Source of the DNA: an uncultured Alphaproteobacteria bacterium
Lineage (GTDB): Bacteria; Pseudomonadota; Alphaproteobacteria; HIMB59; GCA-002718135
Length of the DNA: 64,000 bases
Direction of reading: 5' to 3'
NCBI GenBank assembly: GCA_902588745.1
Contig: CACIQI010000007.1
Location: forward strand, 2,271-66,270
Shown here: positions 29,474 through 40,128 of the stretch, in pieces
Layout: each line of letters opens with the position of its first letter
Position numbering within the stretch: position 1 is the stretch's first letter
The notes under the pieces: model-generated
What the model saw: only the letters and a program-made list of their open reading frames with translations
Told to the model about the DNA's origin: nothing
Database searches by the model: none
Made by a program: the position numbers and the translations under genes

Positions 29474-31450
29474 ATGATTAAACAAGAACCTGATAAAAAA
29501 TTAATTGATAAAGTAATATTGTTATTTAATGAAAAAAAATATTTAGAAGCTCTTGATTTATCTAATAAGATTATCAGTGAATACCCTAATTCAATCTTAA
29601 TTAATAATATTTTAGGAGTAATTCATACTGAGCTTAAAAATTACACTCAAGCAAGAGATTTATTTATTAAAGTTGTAAATTTAAATCCAAAATACAACGA
29701 TGGTTTTTACAATCTAGCAAATATTTATAACAAACTTGGTGAAGAAGACAATGCAATCAAAAATTATGAAAAAGTTATAGAATTAGATAAGAGTTATTAT
29801 AAGGCTTACAATAACTTAGGAAATATATTTAGAAAAAGAAATTTAAATAAAAAAGCTCTTGAATATTATATATTAACACTGACCATAAATCCAAATTATA
29901 TTAGAGGATTTTATAATTTAGCCGGAGTTCTTCAGCATTACATATTAGACGAGAAGAATAAACACATAAACAAGTTTTTATTGTATCTTCTTGAAAAAAA
30001 AATAATTGTTAGACCAAATGCTATAGCCACAAATGTAATAAATGGTTTATTTTTAAATACTAATGTAAAAGATAATTTTTCATTATTAGAAAATAACATC
30101 TATCCAAAAAATTTTAATAAAATTATTGAATTGTTAAACGAGAATAAACTTTTGTTACAATTTATGAAAGTTTGTCCTATTCCTAATTATTATTTTGAAA
30201 AAAATTTCAAAAAAATTAGAAATGAAATTTTAAATCAGATTTATAATTTAAATTTTAAAAAAATTTATTTGAAATTCTTAATTTCTTTATCAGCCCAATG
30301 TTTTTTAAATGAATACGTGTATTATGAGACAGATGAAGAAAAATTTAAGATCAATAAAATTAATGAAAGAATTAGGAATAATGTTAATACAAAAGAAATA
30401 AATGATTTAGAAATTCTTATTTTATCTTGTTACTCTCCGTTATATAGCTTTGATTGGTGTAAGAAAATAAATCCTTCAAGTCAAATTGAAGAGACATTTA
30501 TATTACAATATAGAAATTATAATGAAGAAAAAAAATATACTCAAAAAATAAAATCAATTTCAGAGATTAATGATAAAATTTCAATAAAAGTCAAAAATCA
30601 ATATGAAGAGAATCCATATCCTAGATGGACTAATCTTGGTTTAAGTATTGAACCTAGAGTTATAAAAGAAGTAATTGAAGATATAAATTTAGATGTAGAT
30701 TTAAAAAAATTACACTTTTCTAAGAATACAGAAATTTTAATTGCTGGATGTGGTACTGGTCAACACGCAATAACTACAGCTTCTAAATACAAAAATGCAA
30801 AAATTTTTGCCTTAGACTTAAGTTTTAATAGCTTAGCCTATGCAAAAAGAAAAGCTAAAGAATTAAATTGTGAAAATATAAATTTTATCCAAGGAGATTT
30901 ATTAGACTTAAGAAAATTAGACAAAAAATTCGATATTATAGAATCTGTTGGCGTTCTACATCATATGGCAGATCCACTAGCAGGATGGGAATGCTTAACT
31001 GATTGTTTAAAAAAAGATTCTTTAATGTTAATTGGTTTATATAGCGAAAAAGCTAGAGAAAATATTGCAAATATAAGAGAAAATATAAAAAGTTTTAGAA
31101 TCAAAACTACAAAAAAAAATATTATTAATTTTAGAAAAGATATTTTCGAAAATAATATTACAAAATGGGATAATGTTAAATATAGTCCAGATTTTTATTC
31201 AATAAGTGGAGTCAGAGATTTGTTATTTCATGTACAGGAGCATAGATTTACAATTAAAAAAATAAGAAGTCATATGAATAAATTAGGATTAATTTTTTTA
31301 GGATTTGAAGACACATATGTTTTAAATCAATTTAAAAAAAAATATGGTCAAACAAATGATCTATATGATCTAGATAAATGGGAAGATTTTGAAAAAAATA
31401 ACTCAAGAATCTTTTCAGGTATGTACCAGTTTTGGTGTAAGAAAATTTAA
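29474..31450 (+). CDS. TPR-repeat protein fused to a class I SAM-dependent methyltransferase
   Basis: N-terminal TPRs (YNLANIY, AYNNLGN); YEENPYPRW, ILIAGCGTG, GVLHHM, RDLLFHVQE. Confidence 0.88.
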   Translation: MIKQEPDKKLIDKVILLFNEKKYLEALDLSNKIISEYPNSILINNILGVIHTELKNYTQARDLFIKVVNLNPKYNDGFYNLANIYNKLGEEDNAIKNYEKVIELDKSYYKAYNNLGNIFRKRNLNKKALEYYILTLTINPNYIRGFYNLAGVLQHYILDEKNKHINKFLLYLLEKKIIVRPNAIATNVINGLFLNTNVKDNFSLLENNIYPKNFNKIIELLNENKLLLQFMKVCPIPNYYFEKNFKKIRNEILNQIYNLNFKKIYLKFLISLSAQCFLNEYVYYETDEEKFKINKINERIRNNVNTKEINDLEILILSCYSPLYSFDWCKKINPSSQIEETFILQYRNYNEEKKYTQKIKSISEINDKISIKVKNQYEENPYPRWTNLGLSIEPRVIKEVIEDINLDVDLKKLHFSKNTEILIAGCGTGQHAITTASKYKNAKIFALDLSFNSLAYAKRKAKELNCENINFIQGDLLDLRKLDKKFDIIESVGVLHHMADPLAGWECLTDCLKKDSLMLIGLYSEKARENIANIRENIKSFRIKTTKKNIINFRKDIFENNITKWDNVKYSPDFYSISGVRDLLFHVQEHRFTIKKIRSHMNKLGLIFLGFEDTYVLNQFKKKYGQTNDLYDLDKWEDFEKNNSRIFSGMYQFWCKKI

Positions 31451-31461
31451 ATAATTAGTTA

Positions 31462-31551
31462 TGGCGGAGAGAGAGGGATTCGAACCCTCGGTAGTATTGC
31501 TACTACACACGCTTTCCAAGCGTGCTGATTAAACCACTCTCACATCTCTCC
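31462..31551 (-). tRNA. tRNA-Ser (anticodon GGA)
   Basis: GGAGAGATGTGAGAGTGGTTTAATCAGCACGCTTGGAAAGCGTGTGTAGTAGCAATACTACCGAGGGTTCGAATCCCTCTCTCTCCGCCA; long variable arm and encoded CCA. Confidence 0.96.
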
Positions 31552-31556
31552 TAAAT

Positions 31557-33359
31557 TTAGTTATCATTCATTTTCAAAGCATTTAAAAAAGTGTTTTGTG
31601 GAATATCAACCTTTCCAAACTGCCTCATTCTTTTTTTACCTTTTTTTTGTTTATCTAAAAGTTTATTCTTTCTTGTAACATCTCCACCATAAAGTTTTTG
31701 TGTTACGTCTTTTCTAAATGATGCTACAGTTTCACGGGCAATTACTTTGCCTCCAATTGCTGCTTGAATTGCAACTTTAAATTGTTGTCTTGGAATTAAA
31801 TCTTTTAATCTTTCACAAAGTGCTCTACCTCTTTGCTCAGATCTATCTTTGTGAACAATTAAAGATAGAGCATCTACAGGATCGCCATTGATAAGTATCC
31901 CCACCTTAACTAAATTATTTATCTCATATCCAGTAATTTCATAATCAAAGCTTGCATAACCTTTTGTAATTGATTTTAATCTATCATAAAAATCAAAAAC
32001 AACTTCATTAAGTGGAAGTTTATACTCAACTAAAGGTCTATTTCCTGCATAACTCATATTTAGTTGAATACCTCTTTTTGAAGTACATAATTCTAATACT
32101 GACCCCAAAAATTCTTCGGGTACAATAATTGTTGCCTTTATCCAAGGCTCTGAAATATTTTCCACTTTTACTGGATCTGGCATATCAGTTGGATTATGAA
32201 GATTTATAGTTGATCCATCTTTCATTAAGATTTTATAAACAACTGATGGGGCAGTAGTTACAAGCTCTAAATTAAATTCTCTTTCAAACCGATCTCTTAT
32301 AATTTCTAAATGCAACAAACCTAAAAAACCACAGCGAAAACCATAACCTAGTGCAGGACTTACTTCTGGCTCATAAGAAAAACTAGAATCATTTAATGCA
32401 AGCTTAGCCATACTATCCCGCATGTGTTCATAATCATCTGAGTCGACAGGAAACATTCCACAAAAAACTACTGGTTGTGATGGTTTAAAACCTGGAAGAA
32501 CTTCTTCTGTTGGAAATTTATCATCTGTTATTGTGTCACCAACTTTACAATCAGAAACACTTTTAATACCAGAATTAATGAAACCAATTTCTCCAGGCCC
32601 AAGTTTGTCAACTTCAGTTGCCTTAGGAGAAAATACACCTACTCTATCAATTGTATATGTGGCACCTGTTGCCATAAATCTTATTTTTTGACCTTTTTTT
32701 AGCTCTCCATTTATAACTCTTACAAGTACTACAACACCGAGATAACTATCATACCAACTATCAACTAACATACATTTCAATTCTTTACTTATTTCACCTG
32801 ATGGCGATGGAAGCAGTGTTATGATTTTATTTAATAAATCTTCTATCCCAACACCTGTTTTAGCTGAAACAAGAGAAGCATTGTTAGTTTCAATACCTAG
32901 CACATCTTCAATTTGTGATTTTATTTTATCTGGCTCAGAAGAAGGAAGGTCAATTTTATTTAGGACAGGCAAAATTTCATGATCATTATTAATTGCCTGA
33001 TACGCATTAGCTAATGTTTGAGCTTCAACACCTTGTGTAGAATCAACTATTAATAAAGATCCCTCACATGCTGCTAAAGATCTTGATACCTCATACGAGA
33101 AATCAACATGCCCTGGAGTGTCCATAATATTAAGTATGTAGGTCGTGCCGTCATTTGATTTGTAAGAAAGTCTAACTGTTTGAGCTTTAATCGTAATACC
33201 TCTTTCTCTTTCTAATTCCATAGAATCTAAAACCTGCTCTTTCATCTCTCTATCAGTTAAACCTCCACAAAACTGTATGAGCCTATCGGCTAATGTTGAT
33301 TTTCCATGATCAATATGAGCAACAATTGAGAAATTACGAATAGAACTAAGTTCTGTCAT
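31557..33359 (-). CDS. lepA: Elongation factor 4 (LepA)
   Basis: [39 protein letters not shown]. Confidence 0.98.
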   Translation of the reverse strand: MTELSSIRNFSIVAHIDHGKSTLADRLIQFCGGLTDREMKEQVLDSMELERERGITIKAQTVRLSYKSNDGTTYILNIMDTPGHVDFSYEVSRSLAACEGSLLIVDSTQGVEAQTLANAYQAINNDHEILPVLNKIDLPSSEPDKIKSQIEDVLGIETNNASLVSAKTGVGIEDLLNKIITLLPSPSGEISKELKCMLVDSWYDSYLGVVVLVRVINGELKKGQKIRFMATGATYTIDRVGVFSPKATEVDKLGPGEIGFINSGIKSVSDCKVGDTITDDKFPTEEVLPGFKPSQPVVFCGMFPVDSDDYEHMRDSMAKLALNDSSFSYEPEVSPALGYGFRCGFLGLLHLEIIRDRFEREFNLELVTTAPSVVYKILMKDGSTINLHNPTDMPDPVKVENISEPWIKATIIVPEEFLGSVLELCTSKRGIQLNMSYAGNRPLVEYKLPLNEVVFDFYDRLKSITKGYASFDYEITGYEINNLVKVGILINGDPVDALSLIVHKDRSEQRGRALCERLKDLIPRQQFKVAIQAAIGGKVIARETVASFRKDVTQKLYGGDVTRKNKLLDKQKKGKKRMRQFGKVDIPQNTFLNALKMNDN

Positions 33360-35749
33360 TAGTTTCTTATAGAACCATCAAGCGATTGAGATATTTCATC
33401 AATTATTTTTTGTGATAATTCTTCAATTTCTTGATCGTTGAAGGTTTTATCTTGAGGTTGTAGTAAAACCCTAAAAGCAATACTTTTTTTATTTTCTGGA
33501 AGTTTATCACCCTCATAAACATCAAATATTGTTACATTTTGAATTATATTTTTATCTATTTTTTTTACTTTTTTAATTATCTCAGTAGCCTTAACATCTT
33601 TTGGAAACAGAAAGGCAAAATCTCTTTCAACCATTTGATAAGGATTATTGGCAAAACCACCTTTAGAGGAAGATTTATTTTCTTGAAATTGTGAAATATT
33701 CTCCAAATATATTTCAAAACCAAATACCTTGAAATTAACGTCAATTGTTTTTAATAGAATTGGATGCAACTCTCCAAAATTAGCTATTTTATTTTTACCA
33801 AGTCTTAAAGAAGATGATTTACCAGGATGATAGATTTGACCTTCAAGTTTTTCATATAACAAATTATCTATTGGCACATTTAAGTTTGCTAAAATAGAAA
33901 ATAAATCAGCCTTTATACTAAAGACATCAATGTTTTTTTTATTTGATAACCAGTTTTGTTCATCAGACGAGCCATAAGCTATAGCAGTAGCAACATTTTC
34001 TTGTTGGTCTGGTAATGATTTAGAAAAATTTGGACCTACTTCAAATATTTTAGCTCTCAAATACATTCTAGCTTTATTTTGATTAATTGCCTCTAACAAA
34101 TTTGGAAGCGTTGATGGTCTCATTGTACTTAAATCGGCACTTATTGGATTTTTTAAACTAATTATTTCATCTGAAATAATTTTTGCTTTTTTTTCATCCA
34201 TAAATGACCATGTTACAACTTCAGAATATCCATTAAGGGCTATAGTTTTTTTGCTTTTATAAAAGGTTTTTGTTATATTATTTAAAATCTGCTTTTTTTC
34301 TTCTTGATTAGTTACTTTTTTTAGAGGAATTTTATTATAACCATAAATTCTAACTATTTCTTCGACGATATCTGCCTCACCAATAATATCTGGTCTAAAA
34401 GTAGGGCTTTGAATTTCAAATTTTGAATTTTTTTCATTAACAGAAAAACCAAGTGAAGCTAAAATTTTTTTCTGTTCCTTATTATTGATTTCGATTCCTC
34501 CAAAAGTCTTTATTTTATTTGTGTCAAACATAAATGGTTTATTTTTTTCTATATTAATTTCTGAAGAAACGAACTCACTTACTTCTCCTCCACATAATTT
34601 CAAAATCATTTGAGTTGCTGCATCGACACCCCAATAGATAGAATCAGTATCAATCCCTCTTTCAAAACGGTAACGTGCATCACTTTGAAGATTTAGTTTT
34701 CTTCCAGTTTTAGTGACAGAAATCGGATCAAATAACGCAACTTCTAGAAAGACATTTTTAGTCTCCAAACTACAACCACTATCGAGACCACCCATAACTC
34801 CACCAATTCCATGAAGCTTTTTTTCATCGTCAGAAATTACAATCATGTCACTGTCACATTTATAATTAATCTCATTAAGTGCTAAACACTCTTCATTTTT
34901 ATTGGCTAATCGCATTGTTAAATTGCCTGACACTTTATCAGCATCATAAACATGTAGCGGTCTTCCTAAGTCAAAAGTAATGTAATTTGTAATGTCAACA
35001 AGCGCTGAAATGGGTCTTAATCCGATTGCAGTTAATCTATCTTGAAGCCATTTAGGACTTTCTACATTTTTGACATTTTTGAAATATCGACCTGCTACTC
35101 CGGGACATAGATTATTATTTTGAAAATCTTTTTTCCACGTAATTGGGCTTTTAAATGTTTCTTTAGATTTTTTATAATTTAAATTTTTTAATTTACCAAT
35201 TCCTGCTGCTGCTAAATCCCTTGCAATACCTCTAACTGATAAACAGTCAGATCTATTTGGTGTTAAATTAATTTCTATAATAGGTTCATCTATTGCAAAG
35301 ATTTTACTAAATAAATCACCAATTTTATAATTATCTTTTATTTCAATAATTCCATCGTGTTCATTAGAAATACCCATCTCTCTTTCTGAGACAAGCATTC
35401 CGCAAGACTCAACTCCTCTAATTTTAGTTTTTTTTAAATGTAAGTCAGTTCCAGGAATGTAACTATTTTCTGGTGCAAAAATTCCAAGCATGCCTTCTCT
35501 TGCATTTGGAGCACCACACACAACTTGATAATTTCCATTTATTGTTTCAACCTGACATACTTTAAGCTTATCTGCATCTGGATGTTTTTCTGCTTTTAAA
35601 ACTTTAGCGACTGTAAAATTCTTAAATATTTCTGATTTATCTTCTACACTTTCAATCTCTAAACCAATATTGGTTAAAGTATCTGTTATGGTATTTAAAT
35701 TTTCAGAAGTATCTAAATGATCTTTTAGCCAGTCTAGTGTAAATTTCAT
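33359..35749 (-). CDS. pheT: Phenylalanyl-tRNA synthetase beta subunit
   Basis: [28 protein letters not shown]-terminal FDX-ACB domain. Confidence 0.96.
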   Translation of the reverse strand: MKFTLDWLKDHLDTSENLNTITDTLTNIGLEIESVEDKSEIFKNFTVAKVLKAEKHPDADKLKVCQVETINGNYQVVCGAPNAREGMLGIFAPENSYIPGTDLHLKKTKIRGVESCGMLVSEREMGISNEHDGIIEIKDNYKIGDLFSKIFAIDEPIIEINLTPNRSDCLSVRGIARDLAAAGIGKLKNLNYKKSKETFKSPITWKKDFQNNNLCPGVAGRYFKNVKNVESPKWLQDRLTAIGLRPISALVDITNYITFDLGRPLHVYDADKVSGNLTMRLANKNEECLALNEINYKCDSDMIVISDDEKKLHGIGGVMGGLDSGCSLETKNVFLEVALFDPISVTKTGRKLNLQSDARYRFERGIDTDSIYWGVDAATQMILKLCGGEVSEFVSSEINIEKNKPFMFDTNKIKTFGGIEINNKEQKKILASLGFSVNEKNSKFEIQSPTFRPDIIGEADIVEEIVRIYGYNKIPLKKVTNQEEKKQILNNITKTFYKSKKTIALNGYSEVVTWSFMDEKKAKIISDEIISLKNPISADLSTMRPSTLPNLLEAINQNKARMYLRAKIFEVGPNFSKSLPDQQENVATAIAYGSSDEQNWLSNKKNIDVFSIKADLFSILANLNVPIDNLLYEKLEGQIYHPGKSSSLRLGKNKIANFGELHPILLKTIDVNFKVFGFEIYLENISQFQENKSSSKGGFANNPYQMVERDFAFLFPKDVKATEIIKKVKKIDKNIIQNVTIFDVYEGDKLPENKKSIAFRVLLQPQDKTFNDQEIEELSQKIIDEISQSLDGSIRN

Positions 35750-36808
35750 TTATAGTCCTGATCGTGTTTGGTTATCCAAAATACTAAAACCATAATGATC
35801 CAGCCATCTATAATTTGGATCAAAAAAACTTCTTAAATCTGTAATACCATATTTAAGCATCGATAAACGTTCGATTCCCATTCCAAAAGCAAAACCCTGA
35901 TACTGTTTTGAATCAATATTACAATTATCTAAAACTATAGGATTGACCATTCCACAACCCAATATTTCTAACCATTTATCTCCTTCACCAATTTTTATTT
36001 TATTATTAACTTTAGTATAAGCTACATCCATTTCTGCACTGGGCTCAGTAAAAGGAAAGTAACTAGGGCGAAAACGGTATTGTAAGTTTTTTACTTCAAA
36101 AAATTCTTCTAAGAATGAAACGAGTGTTGATTTTAAATCAACCATAGTAGAACTTGTATCAACGACTAAACCTTCTACCTGATGAAACATAGGAGCATGT
36201 GTAGCATCTGAGTCACTTCTATAAGTTCTGCCAGGCACAATAATTTTAATAGGTGGTTTTGTGTTGAGCATAGTTCTCACTTGAACAGGGCTAGTATGGG
36301 TGCGAAGAACATTTTTGTCTCCGTTATCCTGAATATAAAAAGTATCCTGCATTTCTCTTGCTGGGTGATGTTCTGGTATATTTAAAGCTGTAAAATTATT
36401 AAAATCTGTTTCTATATCTGGACCTGTTTCCACTGCATAATTTAAATTTCCAAAAATTTCTATAATATTAAATATTGTTTGACTAATTGGGTGTATTTTT
36501 CCTTTTTCAGAAATATTAGGTGGTAAAGTAACATCAATAGATTCTAAATTAATCCTGTTTGAGATTTCAATATTTTCAATCTCTGTTCTTTGGTTTTTAA
36601 TACCTTCTTCAATTTCTTTTTTAATAATATTTAATTCCTGTCCTTTCGATTTTTTTTCTTCAATCGACAAAGAACCTAATCCTTTTAAAGCTTCAGGTAT
36701 TAATCCTTTTTTACCTAAATAATATAATCGAAGTTTTTCTAAATCTTCGAAGGATTTTGAAGCTTTAATTTTTTTTAGAACATCAATTTTATTTTCAGCA
36801 AATGCCAT
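35750..36808 (-). CDS. pheS: Phenylalanyl-tRNA synthetase alpha subunit
   Basis: HPAREMQDTF, LRTHTS, RPSYFPFTEPS, GFAFGMGIER. Confidence 0.97.
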   Translation of the reverse strand: MAFAENKIDVLKKIKASKSFEDLEKLRLYYLGKKGLIPEALKGLGSLSIEEKKSKGQELNIIKKEIEEGIKNQRTEIENIEISNRINLESIDVTLPPNISEKGKIHPISQTIFNIIEIFGNLNYAVETGPDIETDFNNFTALNIPEHHPAREMQDTFYIQDNGDKNVLRTHTSPVQVRTMLNTKPPIKIIVPGRTYRSDSDATHAPMFHQVEGLVVDTSSTMVDLKSTLVSFLEEFFEVKNLQYRFRPSYFPFTEPSAEMDVAYTKVNNKIKIGEGDKWLEILGCGMVNPIVLDNCNIDSKQYQGFAFGMGIERLSMLKYGITDLRSFFDPNYRWLDHYGFSILDNQTRSGL

Positions 36809-36837
36809 CAATATCTATTATATTTTATTAATTGAAA

Positions 36838-37191
36838 TTATCTAGCAGATTGAGCTTTATCAACTAAAGCTTTAAAAGCTTCTGGCTGGTTAACTGCAAG
36901 ATCCGCTAAAATCTTTCTATCTATTTCAATAGATGATTTTTTAAGACCAGATATAAATTGCGAATATGTTAAACCATGCAGTCGAACACCAGCATTGATT
37001 CTTTGAATCCATAAACCCCTAAAATCACTTTTTCTTTTTTTACGATCTCTATAAGCATATTGCATGCCTCTTTCGACAGCTTGCACAGCAACTCGAAAAA
37101 CATTTTTTCTTCTACCGTAATAACCTTTTGCTCTTTTAATTACTTTTTTGTGTCTAGCTCTTGCTGTAACACCTCGTGATACTCTTGCCAT
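36838..37191 (-). CDS. rplT: 50S ribosomal protein L20
   Basis: MARVSRGV...WIQRINA; start moved to ATG 37191. Confidence 0.97.
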   Translation of the reverse strand: MARVSRGVTARARHKKVIKRAKGYYGRRKNVFRVAVQAVERGMQYAYRDRKKRKSDFRGLWIQRINAGVRLHGLTYSQFISGLKKSSIEIDRKILADLAVNQPEAFKALVDKAQSAR

Positions 37192-37201
37192 TGATTTCCC
37201 C

Positions 37202-37402
37202 TTACTTGTTGTATGGTAACATATGATCAATCAAAGCAGAGTCACCTGGTGACATAATTGCAGATCTTTTAGTGTTACGAATAAATTTATTGGAACGTTT
37301 ACTCATTCCATGTCTCTTTCCAGCAGGTTTAAATTTAATTTTACCAGTACCTGTTCTTGAAAATCTTTTTTTTAAACTGCTCTTAGTTTTAAGCTTGGGC
37401 AT
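37202..37402 (-). CDS. rpmI: 50S ribosomal protein L35
   Basis: [19 protein letters not shown]; AGGAG RBS. Confidence 0.96.
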   Translation of the reverse strand: MPKLKTKSSLKKRFSRTGTGKIKFKPAGKRHGMSKRSNKFIRNTKRSAIMSPGDSALIDHMLPYNK

Positions 37403-37467
37403 TACTATCTCCTATATTATAAGTTTACCCGTTAGGCTGCCCTGCAGGCCATAACAAGTTTTGAAGG

Positions 37468-37495
37468 CTTATACTGATAATTGAGTATTTTGCAA
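37468..37495 (-). promoter_or_regulatory. Candidate sigma70 promoter for rpmI-rplT
   Basis: Minus strand TTGCAA-16 nt-TATAAG upstream of the rpmI leader. Confidence 0.4.
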
Positions 37496-37504
37496 TATGT
37501 AGAA

Positions 37505-38044
37505 TTATTTAGCAACTTGAGGAACAAGTATCATCATTATTTGTCTTCCCTCAAACTTAGGAGCTACTTCAACTTTTGCATATTCCTCAACTTCTGAAGT
37601 TAGTTTTTTTAGAAGATCAAAGCCTAAATTTTGATGCTCCATTTCACGTCCTCTGAAACGCATAGAGACTTTAACTTTATTACCACCGCCTATAAACTTT
37701 GAAAGTGCTTTAATTTTAACATTGTAATCGTGGGTATCAATGCCAGGTCTCATTTTAATCTCTTTAACTTCAATTGTTTTTTGTTTCTTTTTTGCTTCTT
37801 TTTTACTTTTTTGCTCTCTATATTTTAATTTTCCATAATCTATAATTTTACAAACTGGTGGATTAGCTTCAGGAGACACTTCTACTAAATCAAAACCTTC
37901 ATCTTCTGCTTGAATTAAAGCTTCACGAATGCTTAAGATCCCCATTTGTTTGCCACTACTAGATATTAATCTGACTTCACTTGCAGTAATCTGCTCATTG
38001 ATTCTTGGACCAGTATCTTTCTTTGTTTTGAAATTTACAGCCAA
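37505..38044 (-). CDS. infC: Translation initiation factor IF-3 (non-AUG start)
   Basis: PRINEQI, DLVEVSP, PPVCKIIDYGK, KEIKMRP, FRGRE. Confidence 0.96.
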   Translation of the reverse strand: MAVNFKTKKDTGPRINEQITASEVRLISSSGKQMGILSIREALIQAEDEGFDLVEVSPEANPPVCKIIDYGKLKYREQKSKKEAKKKQKTIEVKEIKMRPGIDTHDYNVKIKALSKFIGGGNKVKVSMRFRGREMEHQNLGFDLLKKLTSEVEEYAKVEVAPKFEGRQIMMILVPQVAK

Positions 38045-38199
38045 AATTATATAGAGATTGAGTTAAAGCTATTATTTAATAGCATATTAGGAAATTAAGT
38101 CTTTTGTCATATTTTGTTAGGATATAATCTCAAATGAATTTAAATTCAAGGGCTGATTTAAAAAATATAAACTGTTTTTTAAGTTATTAAATACACTTT

Positions 38200-39207
38200 A
38201 TGAAAATTTGTTTAGTTAGAAACGATAAAATGGGAGATATGATCCTTACTCTTCCAATTGTTCAAGGACTAAAACAAGCTAATCAGGATTGTAAAATTGA
38301 TATTGTATGTTCTAAAAAAAATCAAAAAATATGTAAAAACTATAAATCTATTAACAAAATTTTTTTACTTCAAAATAAATTTTATCAAGTCTTAAAAATA
38401 ATTTCAAAATTAAGAAATGAAGATTATGATTATATTTTCACATTTAGTCCTGGTCTATTCAGTATATTAATATCAATGTTTTCTAAAAGTAAAATAAAGT
38501 CATTGTTAATTTTTAAATCTCGATACAAAAATAATTATATGAGTAAATTTTTTGATAGAATTTTGGGTAAAATCTTTTTTACTCACTGCTTAATAATTGA
38601 TCGCCAATTAAGATATTCCAAAAAAATCCCAATTCATCAAACAGAAATTATGATGGAGTTAGTTACTAAAAGTGGATTAAGTTGTAATAATACTGCAGAG
38701 ATTAAGAATGAATTAGGATTTAATAAAATAGAAATAAGTTCTAAAAAATTATGCTTAATTCATTTATCTTCAAAATGGATCAATAAATATTTTTCTGAAG
38801 AAAACTTTATTAATCTATTAGACAATCTTAAAAATTTGAAAATCAATATTGTAATGACAACTGATGGAACATCAAAACATGTATTCTATGAAATATTTAA
38901 AAAATATGAAATTATTACTAATGAAGAGTTTGAAAATCTTAAAAGTATAAATAATATTTTAATCTTAAATCAATTAAATTTTGATAATTGGACATCAATA
39001 ATAAACTCTTCAACATATGTAATTACACCTGAATGTGGATGCACACATATTGCATCACTTTCTGAAACAAAACTTTGTGTTATTTATGATTCGGATAATC
39101 TTCCAAGTATGATTGCAGAAGAATATGCACCCTGGAACAAAAAATATACTAAACTATTCTCTAATAACCAAAATTTAGAAAAAGAATTAATTTCATTTAT
39201 TAGTTAA
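38200..39207 (+). CDS. Glycosyltransferase family 9-like (heptosyltransferase-like), divergent
   Basis: RNDKMGDMILTLP N-terminal motif; C-terminal TPECGCTHIAS resembles the GT9 D(T/S)GxxHxAxA motif. Confidence 0.75.
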   Translation: MKICLVRNDKMGDMILTLPIVQGLKQANQDCKIDIVCSKKNQKICKNYKSINKIFLLQNKFYQVLKIISKLRNEDYDYIFTFSPGLFSILISMFSKSKIKSLLIFKSRYKNNYMSKFFDRILGKIFFTHCLIIDRQLRYSKKIPIHQTEIMMELVTKSGLSCNNTAEIKNELGFNKIEISSKKLCLIHLSSKWINKYFSEENFINLLDNLKNLKINIVMTTDGTSKHVFYEIFKKYEIITNEEFENLKSINNILILNQLNFDNWTSIINSSTYVITPECGCTHIASLSETKLCVIYDSDNLPSMIAEEYAPWNKKYTKLFSNNQNLEKELISFIS

Positions 39208-40128
39208 TTTACTATCGTGTAAAAAATCTAAAACTTGTTTTACTGAAATTGAGTCCATTGTATCGGTTAGAATTGTATGAGCATTTTTATATTCAGATAA
39301 GTTTGATTTTGAGATAACATTATCTTTAGCTAAAAAAAGAATAGGTGAATTACTTAGAGCTGCTATATGACCTGGGCCAGTATCATTACTAATTATAAAA
39401 TCACTTTTTTTAGCTATGGAATAGATAATTTCAGGAGGTGATTTATCGCTTAAATCAATAACCTTCTGACATGCATTATTGATCGCTTCTACTGTTTGTA
39501 TATCTGATTTTTGCCCAATAACACAAATATGATATCCTTTTTTTTCTAGAGTACTTGCAAGTATTGCAAATTTATCTGGTGACCATTGCTTGTCCTTGCC
39601 TGATTTAGAAACACCAGGTATTATTAAGATTATTTTATCTTCATTAATTGCCGTAATATCTCTGGAAAGCCAATCTATATTTTGATAAATTTCATTTATT
39701 CCAAGTAACTTTAGTTGATTGTATAAACCTTGTTGTGGAGATTCAGTTCCTTGTGGAGGAATTACATATTGAATATCACAATTAGAACGAGATCCGTTAA
39801 TTTTTACATCTGAAATAAATTTTAAGAATGACCAATAATTATTTGTTCTTTTAGAATTCTGTAAATCTATGATTAGATCGTATTTATTTTGATTAATTTT
39901 TAATATAACCTTAACTGAATCAATTATTCCTTTTCTATTATCTTTAAAAATCGAATTAAAATAATTTGAATTGCTTAAAAAATTTGCGTATTTTTCTTCA
40001 GTGAGCAAGTCAATAGTGGCATTACTAAAAAATTGCTTAATTGATGCCATAGCAAGTAAAGAAAATGCAATATCCCCAAGTGATCCATGCTTTACAACTA
40101 GTATTTTGTTAAATTGACTGCTGTTCAT
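39193..40128 (-). CDS. Glycosyltransferase family 9 (LPS heptosyltransferase-like)
   Basis: KHGSLGD, IDLQNS, KQW, SNDTGPGHIAA. Confidence 0.88.
   Translation of the reverse strand: MNSSQFNKILVVKHGSLGDIAFSLLAMASIKQFFSNATIDLLTEEKYANFLSNSNYFNSIFKDNRKGIIDSVKVILKINQNKYDLIIDLQNSKRTNNYWSFLKFISDVKINGSRSNCDIQYVIPPQGTESPQQGLYNQLKLLGINEIYQNIDWLSRDITAINEDKIILIIPGVSKSGKDKQWSPDKFAILASTLEKKGYHICVIGQKSDIQTVEAINNACQKVIDLSDKSPPEIIYSIAKKSDFIISNDTGPGHIAALSNSPILFLAKDNVISKSNLSEYKNAHTILTDTMDSISVKQVLDFLHDSKLTNK

Noticed and set aside
31450-31551. Integrative element or prophage at tRNA-Ser
   Set aside because: No integrase, no duplicated tRNA 3' end and no phage genes were found in the window.
38135-38148. 14-bp palindrome TGAATTTAAATTCA between infC and the GT9 gene
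   Set aside because: It is almost entirely A/T and plausible by chance at this composition; no second copy was seen.
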